A stretch of 64,000 nucleotides of DNA from the NCBI GenBank assembly GCA_964470105.1, contig CAYXZI010000002.1, forward strand, positions 8,644 to 72,643. The letters are read 5' to 3'. A program made the position numbers and the translations under genes. The stretch's first letter is position 1. Each line of letters begins with the position of its first letter. The DNA comes from an uncultured Candidatus Saccharibacteria bacterium (GTDB lineage Bacteria; Patescibacteriota; Minisyncoccia; Phycocordibacterales; PALSA-1337). The notes beneath the pieces were generated by a model. It made no database searches, was not told the DNA's origin, and saw nothing but the letters and a program-made list of their open reading frames with translations. This document shows positions 37,863-46,627 of this stretch, piece after piece.

Positions 37863-39485
37863 TTATATTATATCAAAGAAAGACATGAATTTTGCTGGAT
37901 CGATTGAAATGCCGCCAATCTTAATACTTAAATGAAGATGTGCTGCATCAGCATAACCTGTCCTACCACTTAAACCTATTATATCTCCAGTTTTAACAGT
38001 ATCCCCCTCTTTTACTTTTAACTCTGATAGGTGCATATATAAAGTACTCAATCCAAGACCATGATCTATAATTACCGTATTACCATATACGGTATATAGT
38101 CTAGAGACTCTGATAATGCCATCATTCATAGCCATAACTGGAGTACCGATTGAAGCTCTGAAGTCTGTTCCTTTATGAGCTATTAAAAAACCGACAGTAT
38201 CTCTATTGTAGCCATAATCATCTGTTACAAATATTGATTCTAATGGCTTACCAAAAGCGTCAGTCCATAAACTGGTAGTTGCAGTTTTTATATTGTTGAT
38301 ACTTGCATTTTCTTTAGTCAGATTATCGACAAGAGTCTTTCCAGCTTCTTTGGTATTACCTCCGAGTTTCTCTGGAATACCTAATGGCTTTTCAATTTTC
38401 TCACGTGGGGTTAACGTTAACGGTTCATTAATAACCATGCCATTATTCAGGGTTACTTTTATTGAATGTTCCATTTTTGTCTCCTCAAATGGAATGGCAA
38501 TGAAAGCAACTTTCTTGCCTTTATATGTAAGCGTTTGAATCTGTTTGGTGTCATACATAACACTTGATATTGTAGAGCTGGCACTAATGGTAACCATTAC
38601 TGGATCACCTGGATATACATTCTTAGGTTTTATATTTACAACTGGAGCTACAACATTATTTTCTATCACCACCTTAGTATTAGGAATGACCTTATTCGGC
38701 ATTGAAAGTGATATAAGAATTATTATTGCAATTAGTATTCTATAGTATCCAAAGGCGGTAAGAGATATCTTATTCAAATGTTTCTTTAGAAAAAGAATCA
38801 CTAGAAATGCTACGAGAAGTGAGACTACAAATCCTAAAATTAGACCGTCCCAGGAATGCAATTTTAGTAAAATGTCCTTTGACTTATATGCATCATATAT
38901 CACCGCTGCACCTAGTGTTGGTAATGCTAGTAGAAATGTATATTCAATAATTGTAGATTTCTTTATCTTCCTTAAGATACCGGCAATAATTGTTGCACCT
39001 GATCTCGATACTCCAGGAACAATAGCGATAGCTTGTGCAATACCTATTACAAATGCATCAAGCATTGAGATTTCTTCTTTACCAAACTTTTCTAGATCCC
39101 TACCTACTATCTTCCGCATAAATACTTTTTCTAAATATATAAATATTATTCCACCTATTGCCATAGTTATAGCTATTAGGATCATATTCCCTTCCAATAG
39201 CTGTTTGAATAGTTTATAAAATATAAAACCGATAATAGCACTTGGAATGAAACTAATGCATAGATTTATAAAAATCTTTCTATCAGAGAAGATTTTTTTT
39301 ATGTATATAATCAAACCCGCAGACAAGGCGCCAAACTGGATGAAGAGTATGTAGAACTTTATGTATGCATCAGTCGTATCTACGTGCAAAAATTTAGATA
39401 GCAAGATGAGGTGAGCAGTTGATGAAACTGGCAGAAATTCAGTAAAACCCTCTAGTGCAGATAGAATTATTAAGTATATATTCAT
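37863..39485 (-). CDS. uppP: Undecaprenyl-diphosphatase (UppP/BacA) fused to a C-terminal M23 (LytM) peptidase domain
   Basis: The N-terminus has EGFTEFLPVSSTAHL and PGVSRSGATIIAGIL (BacA motifs). The C-terminus has HKGTDFRA...GNTVIIDHG...YMHLS...GRTGYADAAHLH (M23 HxxxD/HxH motifs). Confidence 0.85.
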   Translation of the reverse strand: MNIYLIILSALEGFTEFLPVSSTAHLILLSKFLHVDTTDAYIKFYILFIQFGALSAGLIIYIKKIFSDRKIFINLCISFIPSAIIGFIFYKLFKQLLEGNMILIAITMAIGGIIFIYLEKVFMRKIVGRDLEKFGKEEISMLDAFVIGIAQAIAIVPGVSRSGATIIAGILRKIKKSTIIEYTFLLALPTLGAAVIYDAYKSKDILLKLHSWDGLILGFVVSLLVAFLVILFLKKHLNKISLTAFGYYRILIAIIILISLSMPNKVIPNTKVVIENNVVAPVVNIKPKNVYPGDPVMVTISASSTISSVMYDTKQIQTLTYKGKKVAFIAIPFEETKMEHSIKVTLNNGMVINEPLTLTPREKIEKPLGIPEKLGGNTKEAGKTLVDNLTKENASINNIKTATTSLWTDAFGKPLESIFVTDDYGYNRDTVGFLIAHKGTDFRASIGTPVMAMNDGIIRVSRLYTVYGNTVIIDHGLGLSTLYMHLSELKVKEGDTVKTGDIIGLSGRTGYADAAHLHLSIKIGGISIDPAKFMSFFDII

Positions 39486-39871
39486 TTATATATAATATCT
39501 TGAATCTTCAAGGAAAGATATCCGAGTATTCCCAATTGGAGTGTTGGTGTTAGACCGATACCCAATATTGGAATAATTGGCATGTATTCATTGTATGCCC
39601 ATCTACCTGTAGATAAAGCAGCCCACTCTATACTAATAGCAACAATGAGACCAATAATAGTGATCATCCAGTACTTATCCTTAAACCATGGTAGGAAAAG
39701 AAATGGTAAGTAGAAAATTGTAATCATCACTGCATCACCAAGTGTTGCGCGTAAAAGTATGAATTCTGTTATCTTCCCTCCCATATAGTGAGAGTACAAT
39801 AGGGAGTGAATATTCTCCCATATGAAATTTAGTATAAAAGAAACTACAAATACAATAGTGATTCTTTTCAT
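39482..39871 (-). CDS. Hypothetical membrane protein
   Basis: 129 aa with 4 predicted transmembrane helices. Confidence 0.35.
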   Translation of the reverse strand: MKRITIVFVVSFILNFIWENIHSLLYSHYMGGKITEFILLRATLGDAVMITIFYLPFLFLPWFKDKYWMITIIGLIVAISIEWAALSTGRWAYNEYMPIIPILGIGLTPTLQLGILGYLSLKIQDIIYK

Positions 39872-40339
39872 TTATCCCTGCTTACCGTTATATACCACTA
39901 TCTCAGTATGAGTCTCTTCTGCTTCATCTTTTCCGTGTCTTAGGTGAAAATCATAGTGTGGGTTTGAGATTATAGCCAAACTTATCGAAGTACATAGAAT
40001 ACACACGTTTCGAAATATGATATTCATAGTATGAAAATCCGTAATAAATATACCGAACATTAATCCTGCTGCAGCAATACTTGGTAGAAAAATCTTTTTA
40101 CCGGATAGCAGCCATAGACCAATAACTAACTCTGCCCCACCCCAAGTTATGAGAAGAATGTCATCAATTTTCCAATCTCTCATAAAATCTGGAAAATATG
40201 CTAGCCACGGTATTGGATTAATAAAAGCAGAAATGGAGGCGTAGAGAAATACAAAAGCTACTCCAAATCTTAATAGAAACCACACTATTTTAATTTGTCT
40301 TGGTGTCATGTTTTGATCCATACAAGTATTATACACCAA
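39872..40339 (-). CDS. DoxX-like membrane protein
   Basis: LLRFGVAFVFLYASISAFINP... matches the DoxX pattern. Confidence 0.5.
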   Translation of the reverse strand: MVYNTCMDQNMTPRQIKIVWFLLRFGVAFVFLYASISAFINPIPWLAYFPDFMRDWKIDDILLITWGGAELVIGLWLLSGKKIFLPSIAAAGLMFGIFITDFHTMNIIFRNVCILCTSISLAIISNPHYDFHLRHGKDEAEETHTEIVVYNGKQG

Positions 40340-40416
40340 ATGGGTTTAGGGGATAAAAAAAACAATCCCCGGTGTGAGCCGAGGACTTGAAATCAAAACT
40401 TTGAGGGGTGTGTGAA

Positions 40417-40827
40417 TCACTCCTTAATGGTCAGAGAAATCTCTTGACCAAAATCCTCAGGAGGAAGGACTGAACGGATCCAGAGTCCTCGTTCTGTTGA
40501 AGTGGCTTCTGCCATAAATAGAGAGAAGATGAATTCCAGCGGGATGTCTGGTACAGCAGGCCCAGATGATGTTGGTTGTAGCGATAACAGCGTAACTCTT
40601 ATCGCACCTCCTGAAAGTGGAATATACTCCACCATATTTATCACCCCGGAGTATTCAATACCCTGGAATGTGAATCTGGCGGTACCGCCCGACAACCTCT
40701 GAATATCCTCCAAGTTGTCGAATCTCAGTGGTTGTATCTGTCTCTTTCTGCCGAGCAGTTTGATGAGGAGGACGCCGACAGGCAGGATGACGAGGAGGAT
40801 CAGAATAACAATTGCAGATGTCTTCAT
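40417..40827 (-). CDS. Hypothetical membrane-anchored protein within a GC-rich island
   Basis: 136 aa with an N-terminal transmembrane helix. About 50% GC. Confidence 0.4.
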   Translation of the reverse strand: MKTSAIVILILLVILPVGVLLIKLLGRKRQIQPLRFDNLEDIQRLSGGTARFTFQGIEYSGVINMVEYIPLSGGAIRVTLLSLQPTSSGPAVPDIPLEFIFSLFMAEATSTERGLWIRSVLPPEDFGQEISLTIKE

Positions 40828-40975
40828 GTTTTGGTGAGTTGGTTGTGCTTGGTTTACCCAGACTTCAAGTTATATTATTCTATGGAAAAGTCAATTTAAT
40901 ATTTTTAACATAAAAGGCAGACCGCAGATGTTACTCTGCGGTTGTTTGAATTCGATTTCGAAATAGGTGCTGGTC

Positions 40976-41629
40976 CTATACAGCCCCTTGTACCAAGATA
41001 AGATCCGATGAAGCAGATGAGACCGCTGTTCCCGTGTTCCAGGTACGAAGTATCTCACTCAGCCAGTCTTGTCCATGCGCAGTCTGCGACTGGAAGAACA
41101 CACCTGTATCCAGATTATTATGGGATGCTGCGTAAAAACGCAAATAATAGCCAGACTTGTAGTTTTCTTTGATGTACTCCCTGATCTCAGGTAGACACAG
41201 AATGAGTTGGCTGGGATCGGCCATGTTGAGCCCATAACGCGCCATGACTTGACGGAAAACTGAGAGTTTACTACCGCGCGCCACACGGAAAAGTGTGTAG
41301 TGTCCGGCACAGGAGTATTGGACTGGAAGTGCCTTAAGAACTGAATCGCGTTTACCTATGTCACCGATCTCATCGCCGACCGGTACCGTATTTACGAGAT
41401 CGAGAAGCTGGTTTGCTCCTTTGGGTGCAACTTCAATCGTTGCCACTCGCACGAATAGGCTTCTGACCATCAATTTTGCAACCTCATCGGCCAACCTCTC
41501 CTCTGAGAGCAGACGGAGCAAGTCGTCATCGGCTTCACCACCAGCATCCTGAATTGCCTCCGCGAGTCTTTGGATGATTTGCAGATTTTTGTCACCCTGC
41601 CTAACAAGGACTGATTTGAGTTTCTTCAC
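40976..41629 (-). CDS. Hypothetical protein within a GC-rich island
   Basis: 217 aa with no recognisable motif. About 50% GC. Confidence 0.4.
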   Translation of the reverse strand: MKKLKSVLVRQGDKNLQIIQRLAEAIQDAGGEADDDLLRLLSEERLADEVAKLMVRSLFVRVATIEVAPKGANQLLDLVNTVPVGDEIGDIGKRDSVLKALPVQYSCAGHYTLFRVARGSKLSVFRQVMARYGLNMADPSQLILCLPEIREYIKENYKSGYYLRFYAASHNNLDTGVFFQSQTAHGQDWLSEILRTWNTGTAVSSASSDLILVQGAV

Positions 41630-41731
41630 AATGAACCTTTTGTTTCATGGCCTACCCACACTGAATTTGTATCAGTAAAGCCTACCATGTTCAAATAATA
41701 CAATACTTTGTTTATACTGAAATGTCAACTC

Positions 41732-41806
41732 TGGGTGGCTATCGGGAGTCGAACCCGAACTAAGAGTTCCACAAACTCTGGTGCTAACCGCTACACCATA
41801 GCCACC
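41732..41806 (-). tRNA. tRNA-His (anticodon GUG) with an encoded G-1
   Basis: Hand-folded cloverleaf. G-1 pairs with the discriminator C73. Anticodon loop UUGUGGA. T-arm UCGGG-UUCGACU-CCCGA. Confidence 0.85.
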
Positions 41807-41888
41807 ATAAACTAACTTTATCTTTATACCAGATTTAGCACTTTATAGCCAATCACAAGCATCCACAATACTTGCCTGAAATGCTATA

Positions 41889-42737
41889 ATGTATGTCATG
41901 AAAATCGGTTTTATCGGACAAGGCTGGATCGGAAAACACTATGCTGATGACTTTGAAAACAGAGGTTATGATGTTGTTAGGTATTCTAAAGAACCTCAGT
42001 ATGAGATGAATAGGGATAAAATTGGTCTGTGTAAGATAGTATTTATAGCTGTCCCTACTCCTACCACTCCTAAGGGATACGATTCAAGTATAATCGAAAA
42101 GGTTGTGTCACTTGTATCTCCAAAGTCTATTGCAGTAATTAAATCCACCATACTACCTGGAGTAGCAAGACGTATACAGAAAAAATATCCTGACAGAATA
42201 GTTATGCATTCACCAGAATTTCTGAGTGAAGCAACGGCAGCAAAAGATGCTAAGGAGCCTTTTATGAATATTGTTGGTATTGATACCAAATCAAATCAAC
42301 ATAAGATTGCTGCTAAATTGGTTCACTCTGTACTGCCTAAAGCTCCACATAGCAAAACTATATCTTACGAAGAAGCTGAACTAATTAAATATGCACATAA
42401 TTGTAGTGGATATACCCAAATAATTTTCTTTAATTTAATATATGATGCTGCTAAAAAAGTTGGTGCAAATTGGAGTGAAATTGAGCCGATTCTGAAAGCC
42501 GACCCTCTTATACCTAATAGATATGCATCACCAATACATAAAAGTGGAAGAGGTGCTGGAGGTAATTGTTTTATAAAAGACTTTGAAGCTTTTAGAAACT
42601 TTTACGACAAGACTGTAAAAGATTCACTTGGAAGCAAGGTTCTAGCATCAATGAAAAGCAAGAATATTGATCTATTGGTTAAATCTAAAAAAGATATTGA
42701 TCTATTAAAAGGAGTTTACGGTAAGAAGATTAAATAG
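41889..42737 (+). CDS. UDP-glucose/GDP-mannose dehydrogenase-family protein lacking the C-terminal nucleotide-sugar-binding domain
   Basis: GFIGQGWIGKHYA (Rossmann fold), FIAVPTPT, SPEFLSEATAAKD, AELIKYAHN and the catalytic-Cys region GGNCFIKD. It is only 282 aa. Confidence 0.55.
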   Translation: MYVMKIGFIGQGWIGKHYADDFENRGYDVVRYSKEPQYEMNRDKIGLCKIVFIAVPTPTTPKGYDSSIIEKVVSLVSPKSIAVIKSTILPGVARRIQKKYPDRIVMHSPEFLSEATAAKDAKEPFMNIVGIDTKSNQHKIAAKLVHSVLPKAPHSKTISYEEAELIKYAHNCSGYTQIIFFNLIYDAAKKVGANWSEIEPILKADPLIPNRYASPIHKSGRGAGGNCFIKDFEAFRNFYDKTVKDSLGSKVLASMKSKNIDLLVKSKKDIDLLKGVYGKKIK

Positions 42738-43056
42738 TTATCCTATCAATCTTTGCTGCAACGATGAAATCATTCTCTGTTAGACCACCAACTTCATGGG
42801 TCATGATCTCAATATCGACTTTATTGTAGTATATATGAATATCAGGATGATGCCCCTCTCCTTCTGCTATATCTGCTACTTTATTAACAAAAACCATCGA
42901 TTCTTTAAAATCCTTAAACTGGAAATTTCTTGATATCTTCTTATCTTCCATCACTTTCCATTTTGTAAGATCTTTAGAGAAGATAGCTATAGATTTAGCA
43001 TCCACTGGCGTTCCACCAACTTCACAAGGTATACATTTTTTATTTGAAAGGTCCAT
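42730..43056 (-). CDS. Pterin-4a-carbinolamine dehydratase
   Basis: The EGHHPDI signature. Confidence 0.85.
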   Translation of the reverse strand: MDLSNKKCIPCEVGGTPVDAKSIAIFSKDLTKWKVMEDKKISRNFQFKDFKESMVFVNKVADIAEGEGHHPDIHIYYNKVDIEIMTHEVGGLTENDFIVAAKIDRITI

Positions 43057-43060
43057 ATAT

Positions 43061-43930
43061 TTATTTTTTTGAAATTATTATTGGGTAAGAGTATCTAATT
43101 AGAACTCTTCCTTCACCAGTATCTATAATACCCAGATATTCCTTACCATATTTATTACTGTATTCATCAATTAATCCGTATGCCTTTTGAAGATAGATAC
43201 TCTTTCGGTCTTCGATTTTATTCAAATCATTCTGATTATTATTTTTAAGTACCTTTTGGACTATATCAGAATTAAACCTATCCCACTGCTCCTCTGGTGA
43301 CCACTCATTTGATTTGGTATATCCTACATGAGTAATTTCTTTAAAGCCTACTTCTTTTAGAATTTGAAAATAGTCATCTTCACAAATCCAATGATAATTT
43401 CCAGATCCTGCGCGACCCAGTTCTGGTATATTAGAAATAGCAGAACGCAAATCACAATTTTCTTTGTTTCCTGAACTATTTTGGTGGACTAAATGACCAT
43501 TAGTTTTTAAGGAATTGAGAATATTTTTCAAAATTAACCTTTGGTCTTTAGGGGCATTATAGTGAAGAACTGCTCTCATGGTAACCAAGTCAAGATTCGA
43601 AAAAGAAACTTCTTCCAAATTACATAGTTGAATTTCTAACCCTTTTTCTTCTGAATCTTTCAGATAATCTTCGTTTGCATCTACTACAACTGTTCTAATT
43701 TTACGTCCTGAATTTTCTAAATACTTTTTTACGCCTACAGCTAGATGACCTTGCCCTCCACCAAAATCAACATATGTCATTTCCATTGGAAAATGATTGA
43801 ATATGGGTTGTATACCGAGCTCAATAAACCTTGCTATGTTTTTAGGGTCTGAAAAATAACCCTTATACACCTTAGAAATGTCGACCCTTGCCATCTTGTC
43901 TGCATTTGTTCCGATAGACTTTATATCCAT
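43061..43930 (-). CDS. Class I SAM-dependent methyltransferase
   Basis: VDFGGGQGHLAVGV (motif I). Confidence 0.6.
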   Translation of the reverse strand: MDIKSIGTNADKMARVDISKVYKGYFSDPKNIARFIELGIQPIFNHFPMEMTYVDFGGGQGHLAVGVKKYLENSGRKIRTVVVDANEDYLKDSEEKGLEIQLCNLEEVSFSNLDLVTMRAVLHYNAPKDQRLILKNILNSLKTNGHLVHQNSSGNKENCDLRSAISNIPELGRAGSGNYHWICEDDYFQILKEVGFKEITHVGYTKSNEWSPEEQWDRFNSDIVQKVLKNNNQNDLNKIEDRKSIYLQKAYGLIDEYSNKYGKEYLGIIDTGEGRVLIRYSYPIIISKK

Positions 43931-43969
43931 AGTTTTATTTTAACATTGATCCGACAAAATAATTATGTG

Positions 43970-44054
43970 TGCCCAGGAGAGGATTCGAACCTCCATACCC
44001 GTGAGGGCGCTACCACCTCAAGGTAGTGCGTCTAGCCAGTTTCGCCACCTGGGC
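43970..44054 (-). tRNA. tRNA-Leu (anticodon GAG), type II with a long variable arm
   Basis: Acceptor GCCCAGG/CCUGGGC. Anticodon stem-loop CUACC-UUGAGGU-GGUAG. T-loop UUCGAAU. Confidence 0.9.
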
Positions 44055-44127
44055 ATGCATGAACTATATCGAATTAAGTTAATATTTTCAACAAAAGAAA
44101 AACTCGATTTCTCGAGTTTTTCTTTCA

Positions 44128-44565
44128 TTATGCTTTTACCTCTTCTTTTTTCTCTTCAGCTAGCTCCTTTGCATTGTGCTTTGTGTCTGTGTTCTGATCC
44201 TTGTCGATAGCAAGCATTCTTCTCATCTGTCTTCGGATTTCCTTTGCTGCCTTCTCTCTTACGAAATATAGTTTTGCTCGTCTAACCTTTGAACGTCTTA
44301 ATAGATCTATCTTATCTATCATTGGAGTATATAGTGGAAAGATCTTTTCAACACCTACAGAGTCTATAACCTTTCTAACGGTGAATGTGGCACCTGCCTC
44401 TGTACCATGCTTACGAGCTAGCACAAGTCCCTCAAAAGCCTGTAGGCGTGTCTTACCCTTTTCCTGTATCTTCTGCCAAACCTTTACTGTATCACCAGGA
44501 CGAATATCGAGTTTCTTTCGCTCTTCGATGTTTACTGCTGAAATAATATTAGTATTTGATGCCAT
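44128..44565 (-). CDS. rplS: 50S ribosomal protein L19 with a Lys-rich C-terminal tail
   Basis: IRPGDTVKVWQKIQEKGKTRLQAFEGLVLARKHG. The likely start is MASNTN. Confidence 0.9.
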   Translation of the reverse strand: MASNTNIISAVNIEERKKLDIRPGDTVKVWQKIQEKGKTRLQAFEGLVLARKHGTEAGATFTVRKVIDSVGVEKIFPLYTPMIDKIDLLRRSKVRRAKLYFVREKAAKEIRRQMRRMLAIDKDQNTDTKHNAKELAEEKKEEVKA

Positions 44566-44591
44566 ATATTCTTGTATAAGTAAGAACAAAT

Positions 44592-45350
44592 CTAACACAG
44601 ACCTTCCTTTTTCGCAACCTCTTGTATACCTAACTCCTCAATAGCATTGATGAAATCCTCTGGTATTGACGCTTTTACCATTATTTTCTTGCCTGCACAG
44701 TTAGTAAACTCAATTGAATATGCATGAAGTGCATTCCTATTAAAACCCAGTGCATTAGGCCTTTCTATGATCTTTTCTGGTGCATATAGCCCATCACAGA
44801 CAACTGGGTGGTTAAGTGCCTTAAAATGAACTCTGATCTGATGAGTTCTACCTGTCTTTGGTTCAACCTCGAGAAAAGAATACCCTGCTCTGTATGATAG
44901 GAGTGTATACCATGTCTCAGCATCACGAAGCTCACCCCTTGCACCTCGTGTAGCTGACCATCTTCTAAAATCATTTGGGCTTCTACCAATTGGTCTTTTA
45001 ATAATTCCAAATCTATCCTTGATTTCGCCATAGACAAAAGTCAAATATTTCTTTGTAAGTGTCCTATCTTGAAACTGTGTCTTTAAACACTCATGTCCTG
45101 CCTTAGTCTTAGCAATCAAGATCACACCTGTAGTGTCTCTGTCTAATCTATGAACTATGCCTGGGCGATCTATGATACCAAAATCTGTTGTTTCTAGCGG
45201 TTCACCAACACTCTTTGTTTTTGGATAGTTTTTTAATATCCAATCAGTTAGAAATGGCCCTCTTGAGCGTCCATCTGGGTGTACCACAATACCCGCTGGC
45301 TTATTAACAGCAACAATATCTTTGTCTTCGTATATGATATCTATCTTCAT
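44592..45350 (-). CDS. RluA/RluD-family pseudouridine synthase
   Basis: HRLDRDTTGVILIAKT. Confidence 0.85.
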   Translation of the reverse strand: MKIDIIYEDKDIVAVNKPAGIVVHPDGRSRGPFLTDWILKNYPKTKSVGEPLETTDFGIIDRPGIVHRLDRDTTGVILIAKTKAGHECLKTQFQDRTLTKKYLTFVYGEIKDRFGIIKRPIGRSPNDFRRWSATRGARGELRDAETWYTLLSYRAGYSFLEVEPKTGRTHQIRVHFKALNHPVVCDGLYAPEKIIERPNALGFNRNALHAYSIEFTNCAGKKIMVKASIPEDFINAIEELGIQEVAKKEGLC

Positions 45351-45416
45351 AAAAATGATTAGCTCTTGATAATAACAACAATATACGATAATCTAACATA
45401 TGTCTATTTAATACAT

Positions 45417-45489
45417 GCGCGATTAGCTCAGTTGGTAGAGCAACCCGTTTACACCGGGTAGGTCGCAAGTTCGAGTCTTGCATCGCGCA
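45417..45489 (+). tRNA. tRNA-Val (anticodon UAC)
   Basis: Acceptor GCGCGAU/AUCGCGC. Anticodon stem-loop ACCCG-UUUACAC-CGGGU. Confidence 0.9.
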
Positions 45490-45495
45490 CAGATA

Positions 45496-45528
45496 AAACA
45501 AAAACCACCATATGGTGGTTTTTGTTTT
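45496..45528. terminator. Bidirectional intrinsic terminator
   Basis: aaaaaaaa-ccacc-atat-ggtgg-tttttgtttt. Confidence 0.65.
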
Positions 45529-45545
45529 AGTTACTTCCCAATCAA

Positions 45546-45761
45546 TTACATTGCTGTATTACCAGAAGCTACGCAATCTGAGCAAGACTTCTTATGTGTA
45601 ACAACAAGGTATATTGCTGATAGACCTACTAGGATATAGACGATCTTCTCAACAATAGTTCCTAGATATGTTACGACGTTAAGATCGAACAAACCAACTA
45701 GCAACCAATTCAAACTTCCTACGATAACTAATATAAATGCAATTACATGTAGTGCTTTCAT
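45546..45761 (-). CDS. DUF378-like small membrane protein
   Basis: IVGSLNWLLVGLFDLNVV...ILVGLSAIYLV. Confidence 0.55.
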   Translation of the reverse strand: MKALHVIAFILVIVGSLNWLLVGLFDLNVVTYLGTIVEKIVYILVGLSAIYLVVTHKKSCSDCVASGNTAM

Positions 45762-45844
45762 TTTTTTATAAATTAATTATTAATAAATTCCTTCCTTAAT
45801 TATACCCTATTTAGCACTTACTAAGTACTTTATTATCCACATTT

Positions 45845-45916
45845 GTGCCCCCGGTTGGAATCGAACCAACAATAACGGCTTAGAAGTCCGTAGTTATATC
45901 CATTTAACTACAGGGG
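45845..45916 (-). tRNA. tRNA-Arg (anticodon UCU)
   Basis: Acceptor GCCCCUG/CGGGGGC. Anticodon loop CUUCUAA, with an A31·G39 mismatch. T-arm GUUGG-UUCGAUU-CCAAC. Confidence 0.78.
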
Positions 45917-46240
45917 CATTGTTTTACCAAAACCTTTTAATTGTTTGTAGGTCTTTCTCCTATGACAATTAGCACAACGTATATCACATTTTTTAATCTC
46001 CTCCATTACCGACATCCAAGAATAATGTCCTGACAACATTTTATTGATTGTCTTAAACTTAGAAGACTGATTCCTATGATCAAAGTCCAGAACTATTGGG
46101 TCATCTTCTCCACAATCTATACACTTTTTATTACGTAAAAAGTCGAGTAGTTGTGATCTTACTTTTATACGATGTCTTTTTTGTGCTTTATATAAATCCT
46201 CCTTGTTTTTATAAGGCATATAAGGATTATACCACATCAC
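45908..46240 (-). CDS. HNH endonuclease
   Basis: CIDCGEDDPIVLDFDH...N...CANCH. Its 3' end overlaps the 5' end of tRNA-Arg by 9 nt. Confidence 0.7.
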   Translation of the reverse strand: MMWYNPYMPYKNKEDLYKAQKRHRIKVRSQLLDFLRNKKCIDCGEDDPIVLDFDHRNQSSKFKTINKMLSGHYSWMSVMEEIKKCDIRCANCHRRKTYKQLKGFGKTMPL

Positions 46241-46289
46241 TCTAACCCATACACGCTTCTATAGAAGAATATAACAGAAAAAGTGAAAA

Positions 46290-46622
46290 TTACAAAGAGG
46301 GATCAGACACTCCTCTATACCCTGACTTTGCTTGAGTACTATTATCCTGCTTACCTTTAAAGCGATCTATTATCGTATCAAGATCTTTTTCATTGAAAAT
46401 CTTATTATTTGTACCACTTACTGTTTCTTGAGTTGTGTAGTTACCTGTGGATATTTGCCAATATAGATAGAAACCAAAGAGTATGACAAGGGTGGTTAGT
46501 ACAATGTTAATAATTAGTATTATCAACCAATCTACAAAAGCATTTCTTCCTATTTCCCTAAACATCACAGAAAATGATGTGCTTGGTACCTTCATGAATT
46601 TTTTCTTAAAAAGATTTGGCAT
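46290..46622 (-). CDS. Hypothetical membrane protein, possibly a pilus-assembly accessory
   Basis: 110 aa with one transmembrane helix. It lies downstream of the pilMNO-like genes. Confidence 0.3.
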   Translation of the reverse strand: MPNLFKKKFMKVPSTSFSVMFREIGRNAFVDWLIILIINIVLTTLVILFGFYLYWQISTGNYTTQETVSGTNNKIFNEKDLDTIIDRFKGKQDNSTQAKSGYRGVSDPSL

Positions 46623-46627
46623 ATATA

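Noticed and set aside
40351-40420. Possible degenerate tRNA 3' fragment (attachment-site repeat) at the far end of the GC-rich island
   Set aside because: The segment CCCCGGUGUGAGCCGAGGACUUGAAAUC has a T-loop-like UUCAAGU on the minus strand but does not form a proper T-arm. It also does not match the tRNA-His 3' end. It is better explained as the island gene's terminator hairpin.
45304-45501. ORF 45304..45501 (-), 65 aa
   Set aside because: It overlaps tRNA-Val and the terminator hairpin. The Cys- and Arg-rich translation has no features, so it is spurious.
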